From Torpedo marmorata (lineage: Eukaryota), in contig OZ360223.1 of the NCBI GenBank assembly GCA_977017645.1, positions 1,922,001 to 1,986,000 of the forward strand: a stretch of DNA of 64,000 nt, in the 5' to 3' direction. The position numbers and the translations under genes are program-made. The notes below the pieces were generated by a model, which saw only the letters and a list, made by a program, of their open reading frames with translations, was not told where the DNA came from and did not search any database. Positions within the stretch are counted from its first letter, which is position 1; each line of letters begins with the position of its first letter. This document shows, one piece after another, positions 12,927 to 25,194 of this stretch.

Positions 12927-13600
12927 CTGTCAACATTTCAGGCTGAAACCCTTCATCAAGTAGTTCTGGTCTGAAATATCAACCGTTCTTTTCCTCCCAC
13001 AGCATCTCCTCAATCTGCTGAGTTCCTCCAGCAGATAGTTGATTGCATGAGCTAATTGGCTGGACTGATCACTGCAACCTTTTTGGCGCAACCCCAACAG
13101 GAATTCATTTAATTAACTCTTGCCCAATCTCAAAATGGAACCTTTTCCTTTACAATGGCCTGTTTCTGATTGCATTCCAGTTGCCAATTAATTGGAGTTC
13201 TGTGACAAAGGAGCAGGCAGTATCTTAAGAGGTCTGGATTTTGCCGGTTTGCTCCAGATGCTCTGCAAGGATATGTCAATAGTCACCCTTATTAGTGAAA
13301 GTAACCTCATGATATCCATGGAACTATGGGCGATCGGAATGGACCGGCTGAGCTCCGCCTGCGGTTCCCTGGCTGTGCTTCGCTGTCTGACTCTGCAGGG
13401 AGTCCCACAGTGAGGAACCGGGGGGAGGGGGGGTGGTGGGGGATGGAGGGGTGTGGAATTAATGTTTCAAAGTTTAGTTGTTTGCCTTTCAGTTAAGAGT
13501 CTATGCAAAATATATTTGATTGTATGTTTAGTTTAGACACGTATTAGTACATTACATGAACACGAGTGATGTTGCAGCCTATTCAAGAGAGGTTCCCTGT

Positions 13601-13854
13601 GGTACAATACAATGTAGCGTAGAAATATTTAACGGTGTGGCTCCTCCAAAAAGATTGAAAAATCAATGTAAGCACTGACGGTACGTTTAGTTTTTCATTT
13701 TCTTTCTTTTCTTTTGGATGTTTTTTCTTTTTTCAGTTGGGGGGAGGGAGGGAGAGTTTAATGATCATGTTGTATATAGTTGTAAATTGTATATTTTCTG
13801 TTTATATTGTGGATTTCAAAAATATAAAAATAAAAAAATAAAATATTCAAAAAA
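13601..13854 (+). mobile_element. Short LINE 3'-end insertion
   Basis: A-rich tail and a 13-bp TSD agaggttccctgt at 13588-13600 and 13855-13867. Confidence 0.8.
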
Positions 13855-14302
13855 AGAGGTTCCCTGTTATCAGATGCGCTTCTGACATCGTGGTGCTGAT
13901 AACAAACTTTCTCTCATTGAAATTATGGAAGGTGGAAGCCCTTTTATTCTTTTCCCAGAGTGACTCAGTCCTTGTTCCTGGATGTTTGCTCAGGTATGGG
14001 TGCAGGGCATTTTCATTGCCTGGTTTTCCCATGAACTAAGCTTCAAGTTCCATTCATTATGAAATCTGTGTCATCACATTCTCGACACTTACCTTCAAGG
14101 CATGAAAATTAAATTCAAACTTCTTACTATTCTGTATTAATTCCCATTCAAGGGTAACCCCATCCTGTCAAATTTTCATTTGCTCTTGCAATAAATTCTA
14201 ACCTTGACCTATGTGAACCCTTTTTTTCCTCATCCCACCCTACACCCTAACTTTACAACCTCTGCCACTGCTTTGCCTCCTGTGTGAAATCTATATATAG
14301 AG

Positions 14303-14945
14303 TGAAACACGATAGGCTGCAGACGCTGTGATTGTAGTAAAAACACCGAAATGCTGGAGGAACTCAGCCGGTATTTTCAGCATCTATAGGAGACAAAGAT
14401 ATATTGCCGTCGTTTCGAGCCTGAGCCCTTCTTCAAGGAAAAATCAGAAAAGGCAGAAGCAGGAAATATCAGAAAGTCTCAGAATTCAAACAATGGGGGA
14501 GGAATCCAGACCAACAACAGGTGTTAATTGGATATGATAAGGGACTAGGTAGAATTTATCATGTCTGTGCGCAACGAGACATGGAATGGAGAAATGATGG
14601 GGGAAGCAAGGGGGTGTGGGAAGGGGGTTTTAACGAAAGCCAGAGAAAACGATGTTAATGCCACCCGGTTGGAGGGTGCCCAGTCGGAAGATGAGGCGTT
14701 GTTCCTCCAATTTCCGGGTGGTCTCAGTCTGGACAGACATGTCGGCAAGGGAATGGGATGGAGAATTGAAATGGGTGGCCACTGGGAGATCACGCTATTG
14801 CGGCGGTCAGAGCAGAGGTGCTCAACAAAGCGATCTCCCAGTCTGCGTCCAGTCTCTCCGATGTAGAGGAGACCACAACGGGAGCACCAGATGCAGTAGG
14901 TGACCCCTGCAGATTCACAAGTGAAATGTTGCTTCACTTGGAAGA
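14303..14945 (-). mobile_element. Penelope-like retroelement fragment (GIY-YIG endonuclease)
   Basis: FTCESAGVTYCIWCSRCGLLYIGETGRRLGDRFVEH. Confidence 0.88.
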
Positions 14946-15078
14946 GCTATATATCTATATATACCCTGTTTCAAACACTGATCAGCTCTCCCTTCCTAAA
15001 TAGCTATTGAGAAATCTCTTCCTGCCACTGTATTGGCTTTTCCTCCTCCTACTGTTCAATATCTGCCTTTTCTCCAAA

Positions 15079-18000
15079 CAGTGGCGGATTAACCATTAGG
15101 CTAGCTGAAAAGAGAATGGGTTGGTCAAGTGGTCGCGTCTTCATTTAATTCTAAAGCAAAAGGAGTTGCTATATTAATTAATAAAAAGTTACCTTTCAAA
15201 ATACAATCTGTGGTTTTAGATGTGTCAGGAAGATATGTTTTAATAAATTGTCAGATATATTCAGAAATGTGGACACTTATGAATATATATGTGCCAAATA
15301 CGGAAGATGAACAATTTATTCAAGATTCTTTTATGCACTTATCAGAAGCAAATGATAAATATTTTAATCGGTGGGGATTTTAATTGTTATTTAGATCCAA
15401 TAATAGATAAAACATCAAAATCAACTATTAGAACTAAAACTGCGAAAAGAATTCTTACTTTGATGAAAGATTTGAATTTAATAGATATTTGGAGGAAGTT
15501 GAATCCAAGAGAAAAAGATTATTCCTTTTATTCTTTTAGACATGATTCTTATTCTAGAATAGACATGTTTTTATTGTCATCACAATTAGAAGATAGTGAT
15601 TCAAGCACAATATAAAGCAAGAATAATTTCTAATCACTCGCCTCTATTAATGTCATGTATAATTTCAGAAAAAGAAAAAATTATATATAGATGGAGATTA
15701 AATTCTTCTTTATTGAAAAGAACGGATTTCTGTAATTATATAAGAAGTGAAATTCAAGAATTTTTACAGATTAATTCTCATTCGATTGACAATAAATTTA
15801 TTATTTGGGAAGCTCTAAAGGCTTATTTAAGAGGTCAAATAATAAGTTATTCAGCAAAAGTTAAGAAGGAATATGTTCAGGAATTGGATAATTTGGAGAA
15901 GGAGATCGAGTTTCTGGAGAAGGATTTGCAAAAGAAGAGATCAGAAGAAAAGAGGAGAAATTTAATCGAAAAAAAATTGTATTATAATACATTACAAACA
16001 TAAAATGGAAAAATTAATTGAAAGAACTAAGCAAAGATATTATGAATTGGGAGAAAGAGCTCATAAAGTGTTGGCGTGGCAATTAAAGAAAGAACAAACC
16101 TCTCGAACTATAAATGCCATAAAAAAAGAATTCAAAGATAATAACATATAAACCTCGAGAAATAAATGATTCCTTTAGGGAATTTTATTTAAATTTATAT
16201 AAATCCCAAACTGATAAAGATGATTCTAAAATTAATGCATTTTTATCTAAAATTAAGTTACCTAGATTGAATATTCAAAATAAATAACTTTTAGATTCAT
16301 CATTTACGATAAGAGAAGTTAATGGCATTCTCAGTTCTTTAACAAGTGGAAAATCTCCGGGGGAGGTTTTCCCACCAGAATTTTATAAGGAATTTAAGGA
16401 TTTATTGATACCTCCATATGTTGTTAAAACAAATAACGGAACTCATTCTCTACCGGAAACATTTTCAAATGCAATAATAACAGTTATACCAAAAAAAGAT
16501 AGAGATTTGTTGAAAACAGAATCATATAGACCAATTTCATTGTTAAATGTGGATTATAAGATAATGGCAAAAATTTTAGCAAAAATAGTGGCTAAATATT
16601 TACCGGATTTAATTCATGTAGATCAAGCAGGTTTTATTAAGAATAGATATTCAAAAGATAATATAGCCAGGTTAATCAGTTTAATAAATGTGGCACAAAA
16701 GAAAGAGGAATTAGCATTAGTATTAACATTAGATGCTGAAAATGCTTTTGATAGATTAGAGTGGAATTATTTATTTAAAGCATTGGAAAAATTTGGTTTT
16801 GGAACTACATTTATTAATTGGATTAAAACAATATATAAAGAACCTTCTGCCAGAGTGGTGACAAATGGACAAATTTCTTCAAAATTTTTGTTGACTAGGT
16901 CGACTAGACAAGGATGTCCTTTGTCGCCAGCATTGTTTAGGTATTAAAGTTGGAAGAGAAGAGCATAAAATTAGTTTTTTTGCAGATGATGTATTGATTT
17001 ATATGACAAAACCTATTACTACTTTAATACAATTGAATGTTTTATTGAAAGAATACGGGGAGATATCTGGTTACAAGATTAATTCTGATAAAAGTGAAAT
17101 TATGGCATTGACACAAGGGGATTATAGTAAATGTAAAGAAATTACACAATTTAAATGGTCAAAGGAAGGAATTAAATATCTGGGAATAAAGACTGATACA
17201 AAATTAGCTAATTTATATAAATTAAATTATTTACCATTATTTATGAAAATTAAAAAAGATTTAGAAAGTTGGAAGGATTTACCTATAACTTTAATAGGAA
17301 GGGTAAATTGTATTAAAATGAATGCCTTTCCAAGAATTCAATATTTTTTTCAATCAATTCCTTATGAAATTCCTCAGAAATTCTTTAAAGATTTAAATTT
17401 AATTATTAGGAAGTTTTTGTGGAAAGGAAAGTTGGCTAGAGTAGGTATGGAGAAATTAACTTGGAATTATGAAATGGGTGGTTTACAACTTCCTAATTTT
17501 CAAAATTATTATAAAGCAGCTCAATTAAAGTTTATTAATGAAATGTTTGATTTAGGAAAATCTTCTGCTTGGATTAGAATAGAATTAAATAATATAGGAG
17601 AAGATTTGAAAGAAGAAGTTATTTATAAATGGAATTCTAAATTATTATTCACAAGAGGGAAAATTTCCTATTTTTAAACATTTGTTAGAAATATGGAATA
17701 GAGTGGATAGAGAGATAGGAGCGAAAGGGTATTTTCTCGAAAAATGCCTTTATATCAAAATAAACATTCCATTTACTGTTGATAATCAATTATTTAAAAT
17801 TCGGTTCCAAAAGGGAATTAAGAAAATAAATGATTGTTTTGAAGCTAGTAAATTTATTACTTTTCAAAGAATGAAAGAAAAGTTTAATGTATTAAATAAT
17901 ACACTTTTTGCTTATTATCAAATTAGAGCATTTTTAGTTGAAAGTTTAGGTTATAGTTTGACTTTACCAAGACAAAGTGAACTGGAATTATTAGTTACTA

Positions 18001-20513
18001 ATGGAGGTGTAAATAAATTTATTTCTCAAATGTATAGATTGTTACAGAGAAAAATGCCTAAATTAGAAATTCATAGATCAAGATTAAAATGGGAATCAGA
18101 TCTGAATGTAACAATAGATGAAGAACATTGGAAAGAATTATGTAAACTAAGTATGACGAACATTATTAATGTTAGATATAGACTAGTGCAATATAATTTT
18201 TTTCATCAATTATATTTAACACCTAAAAAATTAAAGAAATTTATTCCGACATTATCTGGTTTATGTTTTAGATGTAATAGAGAGGAAGGTTCTTTTGTAC
18301 ATTCTACATGGCTTTGTCCAAAGATATATGATTTTTGTTTGAAACTTAAAAAGTTTTTAGATAAAGTATTAAGAATGACACTCCCAATGGACCCTATGAT
18401 ATTTTTGTTTGGAGATATTAAAAGAATTAGTATTAAGATGAAATTAAATATGTATCAAATAGAATTTTTACGTATTGCTTTAGCTGTTTCTAAGAAATGC
18501 ATTGCTATTACATGGAAATCTGATGTAGATTTAGGGTTAGAAACATGGCATGCAGAACTCCGTTCATGTATACCACTTGAAATAATTACTTATAATTTAC
18601 GTAATAAATATCATTTCTTTTTGAAAATATGGAGCCCATATGTAAAAACTGTTGGTTTAAGGATTTGAAGATCTCTGGATATAAGATCTGACGGCGAACC
18701 TGTGTTCCACAATAAAATCAGTTTATAGTTGTTCTTTTTTAATTGACATTCTCCTTACTTTATCTTTTTCTTTCTTTCTTTTCTATTTTAGTAGATTAGT
18801 AGGGGTGGGAGGGTTAGGGAGGGGTGGGGGGGGTGAAAATGTATCACATGTATTTTGATAATTTTGCATTTAAAAAAAAAACCATTAGGCCGAGTAGACT
18901 GAAGCCTCGGGGCCCGGAAGGTAAGGGGGCCCGTCAAACAACAATAGAAATAAGAGATACAACAATAGAAATGTTACTTTAACGATGCCAAAGGGAACTA
19001 AGCCACAATATTAAAAGTATTTTAAAATTGCAACAACTTGTAGCTTTCAACGCTCCTGTCAATTGGCTTTCACCTATTCACTGAAATCAAAAAACAACGG
19101 GCCCGCTCAGGGCAGCGGCGAAGGCTCAATGCGGGATCAATGGCCGTCTTCGTTACCCATAATCCAGCGCCAGGGAAACGCACATGCCTGTCGTCGCCTG
19201 TCTTGGTACAACAATATGTACCCAATTGTTGTTATAGCGTTAATTCCAACAATTGTAATCATAATGCAGGTAAGTATAAATAACCCATACACTTTAGGAA
19301 ATTTTATTTTCTATTCAAATACAGTTGCACGGAGGTGGGAGTAGTGGAAAACTAATGTTAATATTGTTTGATCTGATTTGACCTTCATGTATCGTGCTTC
19401 TTTGAAATAAATATAAGATACAATCCACTCTTAATACACGGGACAAGGACTTGAACATGTCCCGGCTCCTCTCTGCGCATGCAAACGAAAGCGCCATGCG
19501 AATGTATACTCTGAAATGGGCAGTGGATTATCGATGTGGTGTTCCCTGTCGTCCTCCTCAGAAATTAAATTAAGGGCAATGTGTTACAGGCTGAAAAACA
19601 AAGCAATCTTTGACAGTCACAAAGCAACCACTGATCGAATTCAATGTCGAGACCAAAAAAATCTAAATTGGTAATATTCATACAAATTAGCGTGGACTTT
19701 AGTGAAGTTTATATCCAACGGACTTTTAATAAAACATGTACCGTAATTTTCATCTGATTATTTGCACTTTTTAATTTGAAGTTCAATAATGGGGTGGAGA
19801 GTGCCAATTTTTGCTAGATACTTTCATAATTGTTGAGTGAACATTTAATCTAACCATAGGTGATAACCTCCAAGGAGATATGCATTATTTTGTTGGAATA
19901 AAAACACCTATTGTTCAAGTTGTAATTGCCAATTCTGGAAAAAAACTATTTCCTGTCATTAGATGAAGGTAGCAAAATCGTCTGCTAAAATTAACGTTGA
20001 GCTGCATTATCAGATTGAACAGAGGCCGCACGTTATATGAGGCCAAACTAAATGTCTCGATTCTAATCAGTGTGTGAACAGAAGAACCTGTGTTTTTGAC
20101 CAGATGTGACTTGACAGTGTGCTGTCGCTGCTGACCAGCATGATCAGTTACTTTGCGACCCTGTGGTACAGGTTATAATATTGTGTAACTACAAAGTTTA
20201 AAAAAAAAAAAAAAAAAACAATGCCGCAAAGCAAACACATGATGTTTCTAAATTTTAATCTGGTATTGCAAAACGCTTTGTGGTTGAATAATGATGAAGT
20301 AATTTGAACTTCAAACATCATTTGCATTGATGGAAACATTAAATTTGAGACAGGAATCGAAAACATAATAAAATGTGTAGTTGCTTCGGTGACGCTAGTG
20401 CTGAGGGTGGGTGGGAGGGCATGGCCCGCGAGTGCCCCCCCCCCATGACGCCGACCCTGGGGGGCCTTACTAAAGCTCAGCCTAGGGCCCGGGTGGTAGT
20501 TAATCTGCCACTG
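15079..20513. mobile_element. Non-autonomous hAT-like DNA transposon interrupted by an L1
   Basis: TIRs CAGTGGCGGATTAAC and GTTAATCTGCCACTG. Degenerate 8-bp TSD tctccaaa/cctgcaaa. GC-rich subterminal gggccc motifs at both ends. Confidence 0.75.
15102..18879 (+). mobile_element. 5'-truncated L1-clade LINE (endonuclease, RT, C-terminal domain; frameshifted)
   Basis: EN motifs GVAILI, GGDFN and SRID; RT motifs YRPISLLN, RQGCPLSP and FADD; A-tail; 11-bp TSD aaccattaggc at 15091 and 18880. Same family as the copy at 6689-9692. Confidence 0.95.
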
Positions 20514-20847
20514 CCTGCAAAGCAGCATACATTCATGAACACATTAAAGGAAATATTATACGTTGAAATAAATGTCATAACCTATTAAAGTTAGAAAAGA
20601 AATGTTTTCTAATCAAAGTTCAAGGTTCAGATTTATTGTCAGAGTATTACATAATATTACATACAACCCTGAGATACTTCTTCCTGTGGGCACGGCAGAA
20701 TTACCACTTTATTTTTTACTATTATTACCTATTGTGAGAAAGTTATGCACTAAGATTTGTAATGTTTGCTCAGGGATAAGTGGAATGTGGAATAAAATAA
20801 TATAATGATTATAATAACTAAAAACATGTTTTCTTCTTTCTTTGAAG

Positions 20848-20869
20848 GCTGTCTCATGTGAAGCAATGA
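20848..20869 (+). CDS. IL17RC: IL17RC-like coding micro-exon (AVSCEAM), phase 0/1
   Basis: Polypyrimidine-AG acceptor and GTAAGT donor. 22 nt long, like the GLSCRLW micro-exon recalled for human IL17RC. In phase with the next exon. Confidence 0.75.
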
Positions 20870-21710
20870 GTAAGTATCCTTTCAATAACAGTTTGTTTGA
20901 TAGTAAGAGGCAAACTCTGTGATTTCCTTGTTGAGATTTCATATTTTACTTCATTATTTGTCAGCAAAGAAAAACATTTTAAAGTTTCCAAGAGTGGGTG
21001 ATGTTCAGGTTTCTAGGTAAATTTGACAATGGAACCCCATACTCCTGAACCTCAAGCACCTCGATAATGGTCAACTGGGTAATGGAGTGAAATTTATCCT
21101 GTGGATTGGAGGGTTTCAGGAATTCCAGGAACTGCTCAAAGATAGAAAAAGAACAAGGTTATCCTCTCAGGGCATCATATAGACATAGAGCGAGGCAGAC
21201 AGATACAAATCTCTCCTGCCTCCCTTGCACTCCTATTTCTGCAGCCCTTTTTCCACCCCATCCTAATACCTGCCCCGTACGTGTGAATATCAGGACCTTG
21301 ATGGTGTATAAAATGGGGAACTTGAATGCACTTACGGACTTTGATGCTATATTCTCCAACCGAGCAAAGTCACCAGCAGAAAGTACAATGAAACATTTCA
21401 ATCATCACTGCCAGTACTATGCTCAATTGGCTACTTTTCAACATACACCATTTTGGAACCTTCCCAAGACTGATTCCATGCTTGGATTAGATATGATGGA
21501 ATGTATTTTTGAAACCCCTGTGATTCAAACCTAGGTACGGTTCATTATGGACCAGCCATCCTGCTGATGAATAGGTACCGCTGATGGTTTAATGGTTTCA
21601 CTTTGATCCTGCCTCACCATTATTTCAACTTTACAGTCCTCGCAGTTTCTATTTATTTGACTTGACGTGCAATTACCATGTTGTCCTTTTTCGTGACCTC
21701 TGTCCAACAG

Positions 21711-21848
21711 ACTGTGGGCCTGGAAAAATCAATGAAGACATTGCACCACTGCTTCTGACAAATTTAACAAGCTCCACAATACTCTACTGTGAGCAGAATA
21801 AGTCATGCAATCCCTGCATTCGTGTCCAATTAACAGCATCATTGGCAG
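21711..21848 (+). CDS. IL17RC: IL17RC-like exon (NCGPGKINEDIAPLLLTNLTSSTILYCEQNKSCNPCIRVQLTASLA)
   Basis: AG/GTAAG boundaries. The C-x5-C-x2-C-x-RV pattern matches IL17RC LRCQKETDCDLCLRV. Confidence 0.88.
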
Positions 21849-21974
21849 GTAAGACTTAAATATTAAAGAAGTCAAACTTTCCAAAATTTCAGAAACTATG
21901 ACTGCAGGTAATTATGGTAAAATTACAACTAATAAACATTTTTCCAACATTCACAGGTTTGTTTGAAAATTTTT

Positions 21975-22337
21975 TAGAACCATAGAACACTACAGCACAG
22001 AAAACAGGCCATTCGGCCCTTCTATTCTGTGCCAAAAACATCATACCGCTAGTCCCACTGACCTGCACCCATTCCATAACCCTCCAGACCTCTCCCATCC
22101 ATGTATCTATTCAGTTTATTTTTAAAACTTAAGAGTGAGACTGCATTTACCACGTCAGATGGCAACTCGTTCCACACTCCCACCACTCTGAGTGAAGAAG
22201 TTCCCCCTAAACCTTTCCCCTTTCACCCTAAAGCCATGTCCTCTTGTATTTACCTCTCTTAATCTAAGTGGAAAGAGCCTACTAACATTTACTCTGTCTA
22301 TGCCTCTCATAATTTTGTAAACCTCTATCAAATTCAT
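21975..22337 (-). mobile_element. CR1 LINE 3' fragment
   Basis: LIEVYKIMRGIDRV...TRGH...NFFTQ followed by 3' UTR. Confidence 0.85.
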
Positions 22338-22637
22338 TCTTCTGCATTATATATTTCTGCAATTTGTCCTCGGCTGCTTTTTCCATCAGTGCATACCTGG
22401 CAGAGGCTGTGTATTGTATTCTGCTTCCAAAATTCACCTCCATTGAAGCAGAGTTCAATATGCTGGCAGTAGCAAATATGTACCTTTAACAGGGGCAGCT
22501 GATCATGAATTCATTTTGTTTACCTGTTGCTTCAGTATGTATTTAATTATATTTTGATGTTGGCCACATTTTAAGCATTAAGTACAATTCTGGTCAGTCA
22601 GCCTGGCAGCTTTAACCGACCAATAGAAATTCCAATA

Positions 22638-23123
22638 CAGGTATGTGCCGCTTAACGTCCGTTCGGGCAACGTCCGACCACATATATGTCCGCGGTCCCA
22701 TAATTATTCAGTTACCACGAGCAAGTCCACAGCAATTTACAAGAAGAGATCGCTAGCTATAGGAAATTGTATGTATACTGTATACCCAAATTGATCCCAC
22801 TGCCCCGCTCTCTCCCCACAGCCCCGTGTCAGTCCCCACACTGATCCCACTACCCCGTGTCAGTCCCCACACTGATCCCACTGCCCCACTCTCTCCCCAC
22901 AGCCCCGTGTCGGCCCCTACACTGATTCCACTGCCCCGCTCTCTCCCCACAGCCCCGTGTCGATCCCCACACTGATCCCTACTTACAAATAAAAAGTTTA
23001 CCGGTACACTACAGTATCCCATATAGCTTTGCTAAGAATATAATATGGTGTTTGCATAACATCCACATCGCATAATGCCCAATTTCACAGAACGTATCAT
23101 GGACATTAAGCGGCGCATACCTG
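22638..23123. mobile_element. Tigger/pogo-like MITE (resembles Tigger3/MER7 ends) with an internal ~50-bp tandem repeat
   Basis: TIRs CAGGTATGTGCCGCTTAACGTCC and GGACATTAAGCGGCGCATACCTG, TA TSD. Repeats at 22790-22980. Confidence 0.85.
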
Positions 23124-23424
23124 TACCTTGAAGACTTGTAGGAAAACTATGGGATTGGGGCTGACTGGATTGTTATACAGCAAGCTGGTATGAATTTAAT
23201 GGGCAGTGTTGACACCTTCTTCTGTGGCACAATAATTCTGTGATTTTAGTATACAATTTAACAGGTCATTCACAAGTCTAAGTAGCAAGACAGTAGTCTT
23301 ACTACTTAGACTCACAAAATAATTAATTGGCAGTGAGGGGCTTTAGGTTGCCCTGAGGTATGGTTTATTTCTTTAGAAGTATTATTAGGGATGAATAAAT
23401 TGTATCTGCGACTGTTTTGGCCAG

Positions 23425-23526
23425 CATCGGAGAATATAAGGAGCTTGGGTGGAAACAGAAGTGGATCCACAAAAAATAAAGACCTTGACATAGATGAAGG
23501 AAGTAGCGATGAAGACGATAATGAAG
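23425..23526 (+). CDS. IL17RC: IL17RC-like acidic exon (ASENIRSLGGNRSGSTKNKDLDIDEGSSDEDDNE)
   Basis: CAG/GTAAG boundaries, phase 1/1. Corresponds in position to the acidic HWEEPEDEEK exon of IL17RC. Confidence 0.78.
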
Positions 23527-23814
23527 GTAAGAGTGAAAAATATCCATGGAACTGACATAAACAAGGGATAAAGACACTCCAATGATCAGGAATATAGATT
23601 TGTATGAACTGGGCTCCTAAAACATTAAATTTATTCAATAGTTTATTTTCTAATTCAGGAAAATAATGTCCTTCATGTACTCCAATCCCAAGTTGTTGCG
23701 GAATAATCCAACTGAAAGGAATATTTTGAGGCACCCTGGCCTGATCCACGATTTGCACCACCAGTTAAACAGGGTAGGGTAGTTAACAAATAAAAATCTA
23801 TCATTCTCTTACAG

Positions 23815-23924
23815 TCATTGGGTTGATATATATTTCCACGCATCAACCTGAAGGGGGGATAAACTTGTGTGCACAGGTGAAGATTCAGTTCACAGACTAC
23901 AATACATCAAGATCCACCACAATA
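23815..23924 (+). CDS. IL17RC: IL17RC-like exon (VIGLIYISTHQPEGGINLCAQVKIQFTDYNTSRSTTI)
   Basis: TTACAG/GTAAGT boundaries, phase 1/0. Aligns with VVLSFQAYPTARCVLLEVQV. Confidence 0.82.
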
Positions 23925-25194
23925 GTAAGTAACATAACCAGAATTGGAACTCAGTGCAGTGTTTTTTTGCTGTAATATCCCTTAGACTCTCTTTTGGCTT
24001 TGGTAATCTACATTCCTTATAAAAGTGGAAACGAACACCACTTTTTTCACTCAAAACATCTTGTTCCAAATTTTACATACATGAGGAATTTTTGGGGGGA
24101 TTTTCTTCATCAGGACTTGGAATGCTCTGTCTAATAGTGTGGCAGATATAGATTCAATGACAACCTTCAAAAGTGAACCAGTTAAATAGTGAAGTAAGAA
24201 AGATAACTGCAGGAATGTAGAAAATGTCAGACTAATTCGATTGCTCAATGAAAGAGTTGTTGCAGATTGAAGGAGTCTCCTGTTCTCAGCCATTCTGTGA
24301 TTCTAGGCACCAGAAGCAAGCTATGTTCCTAAAAAATTGAGTTGTGAATCTTAGGTTGGATTGAGGATCCGGGGCTGGTCCTGAGGTGTGCACACGGTTG
24401 TCAGAAGGAGAAAGAAGCAGCAACTAAATGTCATAGCAAGCGATGAGAGCACTGTAAAATGGGTTGTGCTGGAATAAAAGCATCCTTGATGCCAGAGGTG
24501 AGAATCACATGAATGTGGATCCAAAATATGGAAAATAACTGCCTGTAGTAGAGCCACAAATTCCAATATTTACTGAGTGGGTGCAGGGAATGTTTGAATG
24601 TTATTTCTCAGGTTCCATGCCCATTCTCTCTCCATCACTTGATTGATAGGATTGGTTGGTGGTTGGGGATAGGAAAGCACAGCCCAAAGCCTCGGCACAG
24701 ATAGAAGATGTTCAGTGGTGGTAGTGAAGGTGAAGGAAGGCTGGGGGAGAAGAAGGGAAGACTCTGGAGAGGTGAGGGTGGACAGGGCAGGTCTCTAATG
24801 ATAGGAATATCTTCTTGAGTGTGGATTAAAGAGCCCTAGACCACAAAGAGTGTTCTAAACACACATGCTCGAAAGATCCAACATTTCCCACTTTTTCTTA
24901 ACCTACCAGATTTCTAGAAATACTAATCCAACGCAGTAAAAAAAAAAAAAAAAAGATGGGTTTTTTTTTTCAAAAAAAAGGCACACTAGCTCCGTGAGAT
25001 GCTTTGATAATGGAACCATTCTCTAAAAACTGATTGGTCAGCAGCTTTTCACTTTACCTCTATGAAATGATCAGTTGTGGGCAGATGAGATGTGGGTTTG
25101 GATTGAATGGTTTCAGCATTTAAATTTCCCAATCCACCCAAACCTTAACTATTTGTGAGGTGGAAGTGGCTCCCATGTTTCAGAAAGGAATGCT

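Noticed and set aside
13258-13993. Candidate 5' exons (donor-like sites at about 13410 and 13994)
   Set aside because: No combination gave a signal peptide in phase with the micro-exon. They could be UTR exons but cannot be supported.
21106-21534. 142-aa intronic ORF
   Set aside because: It has a non-ATG start, no homology and no fitting splice sites between the flanking in-phase exons.
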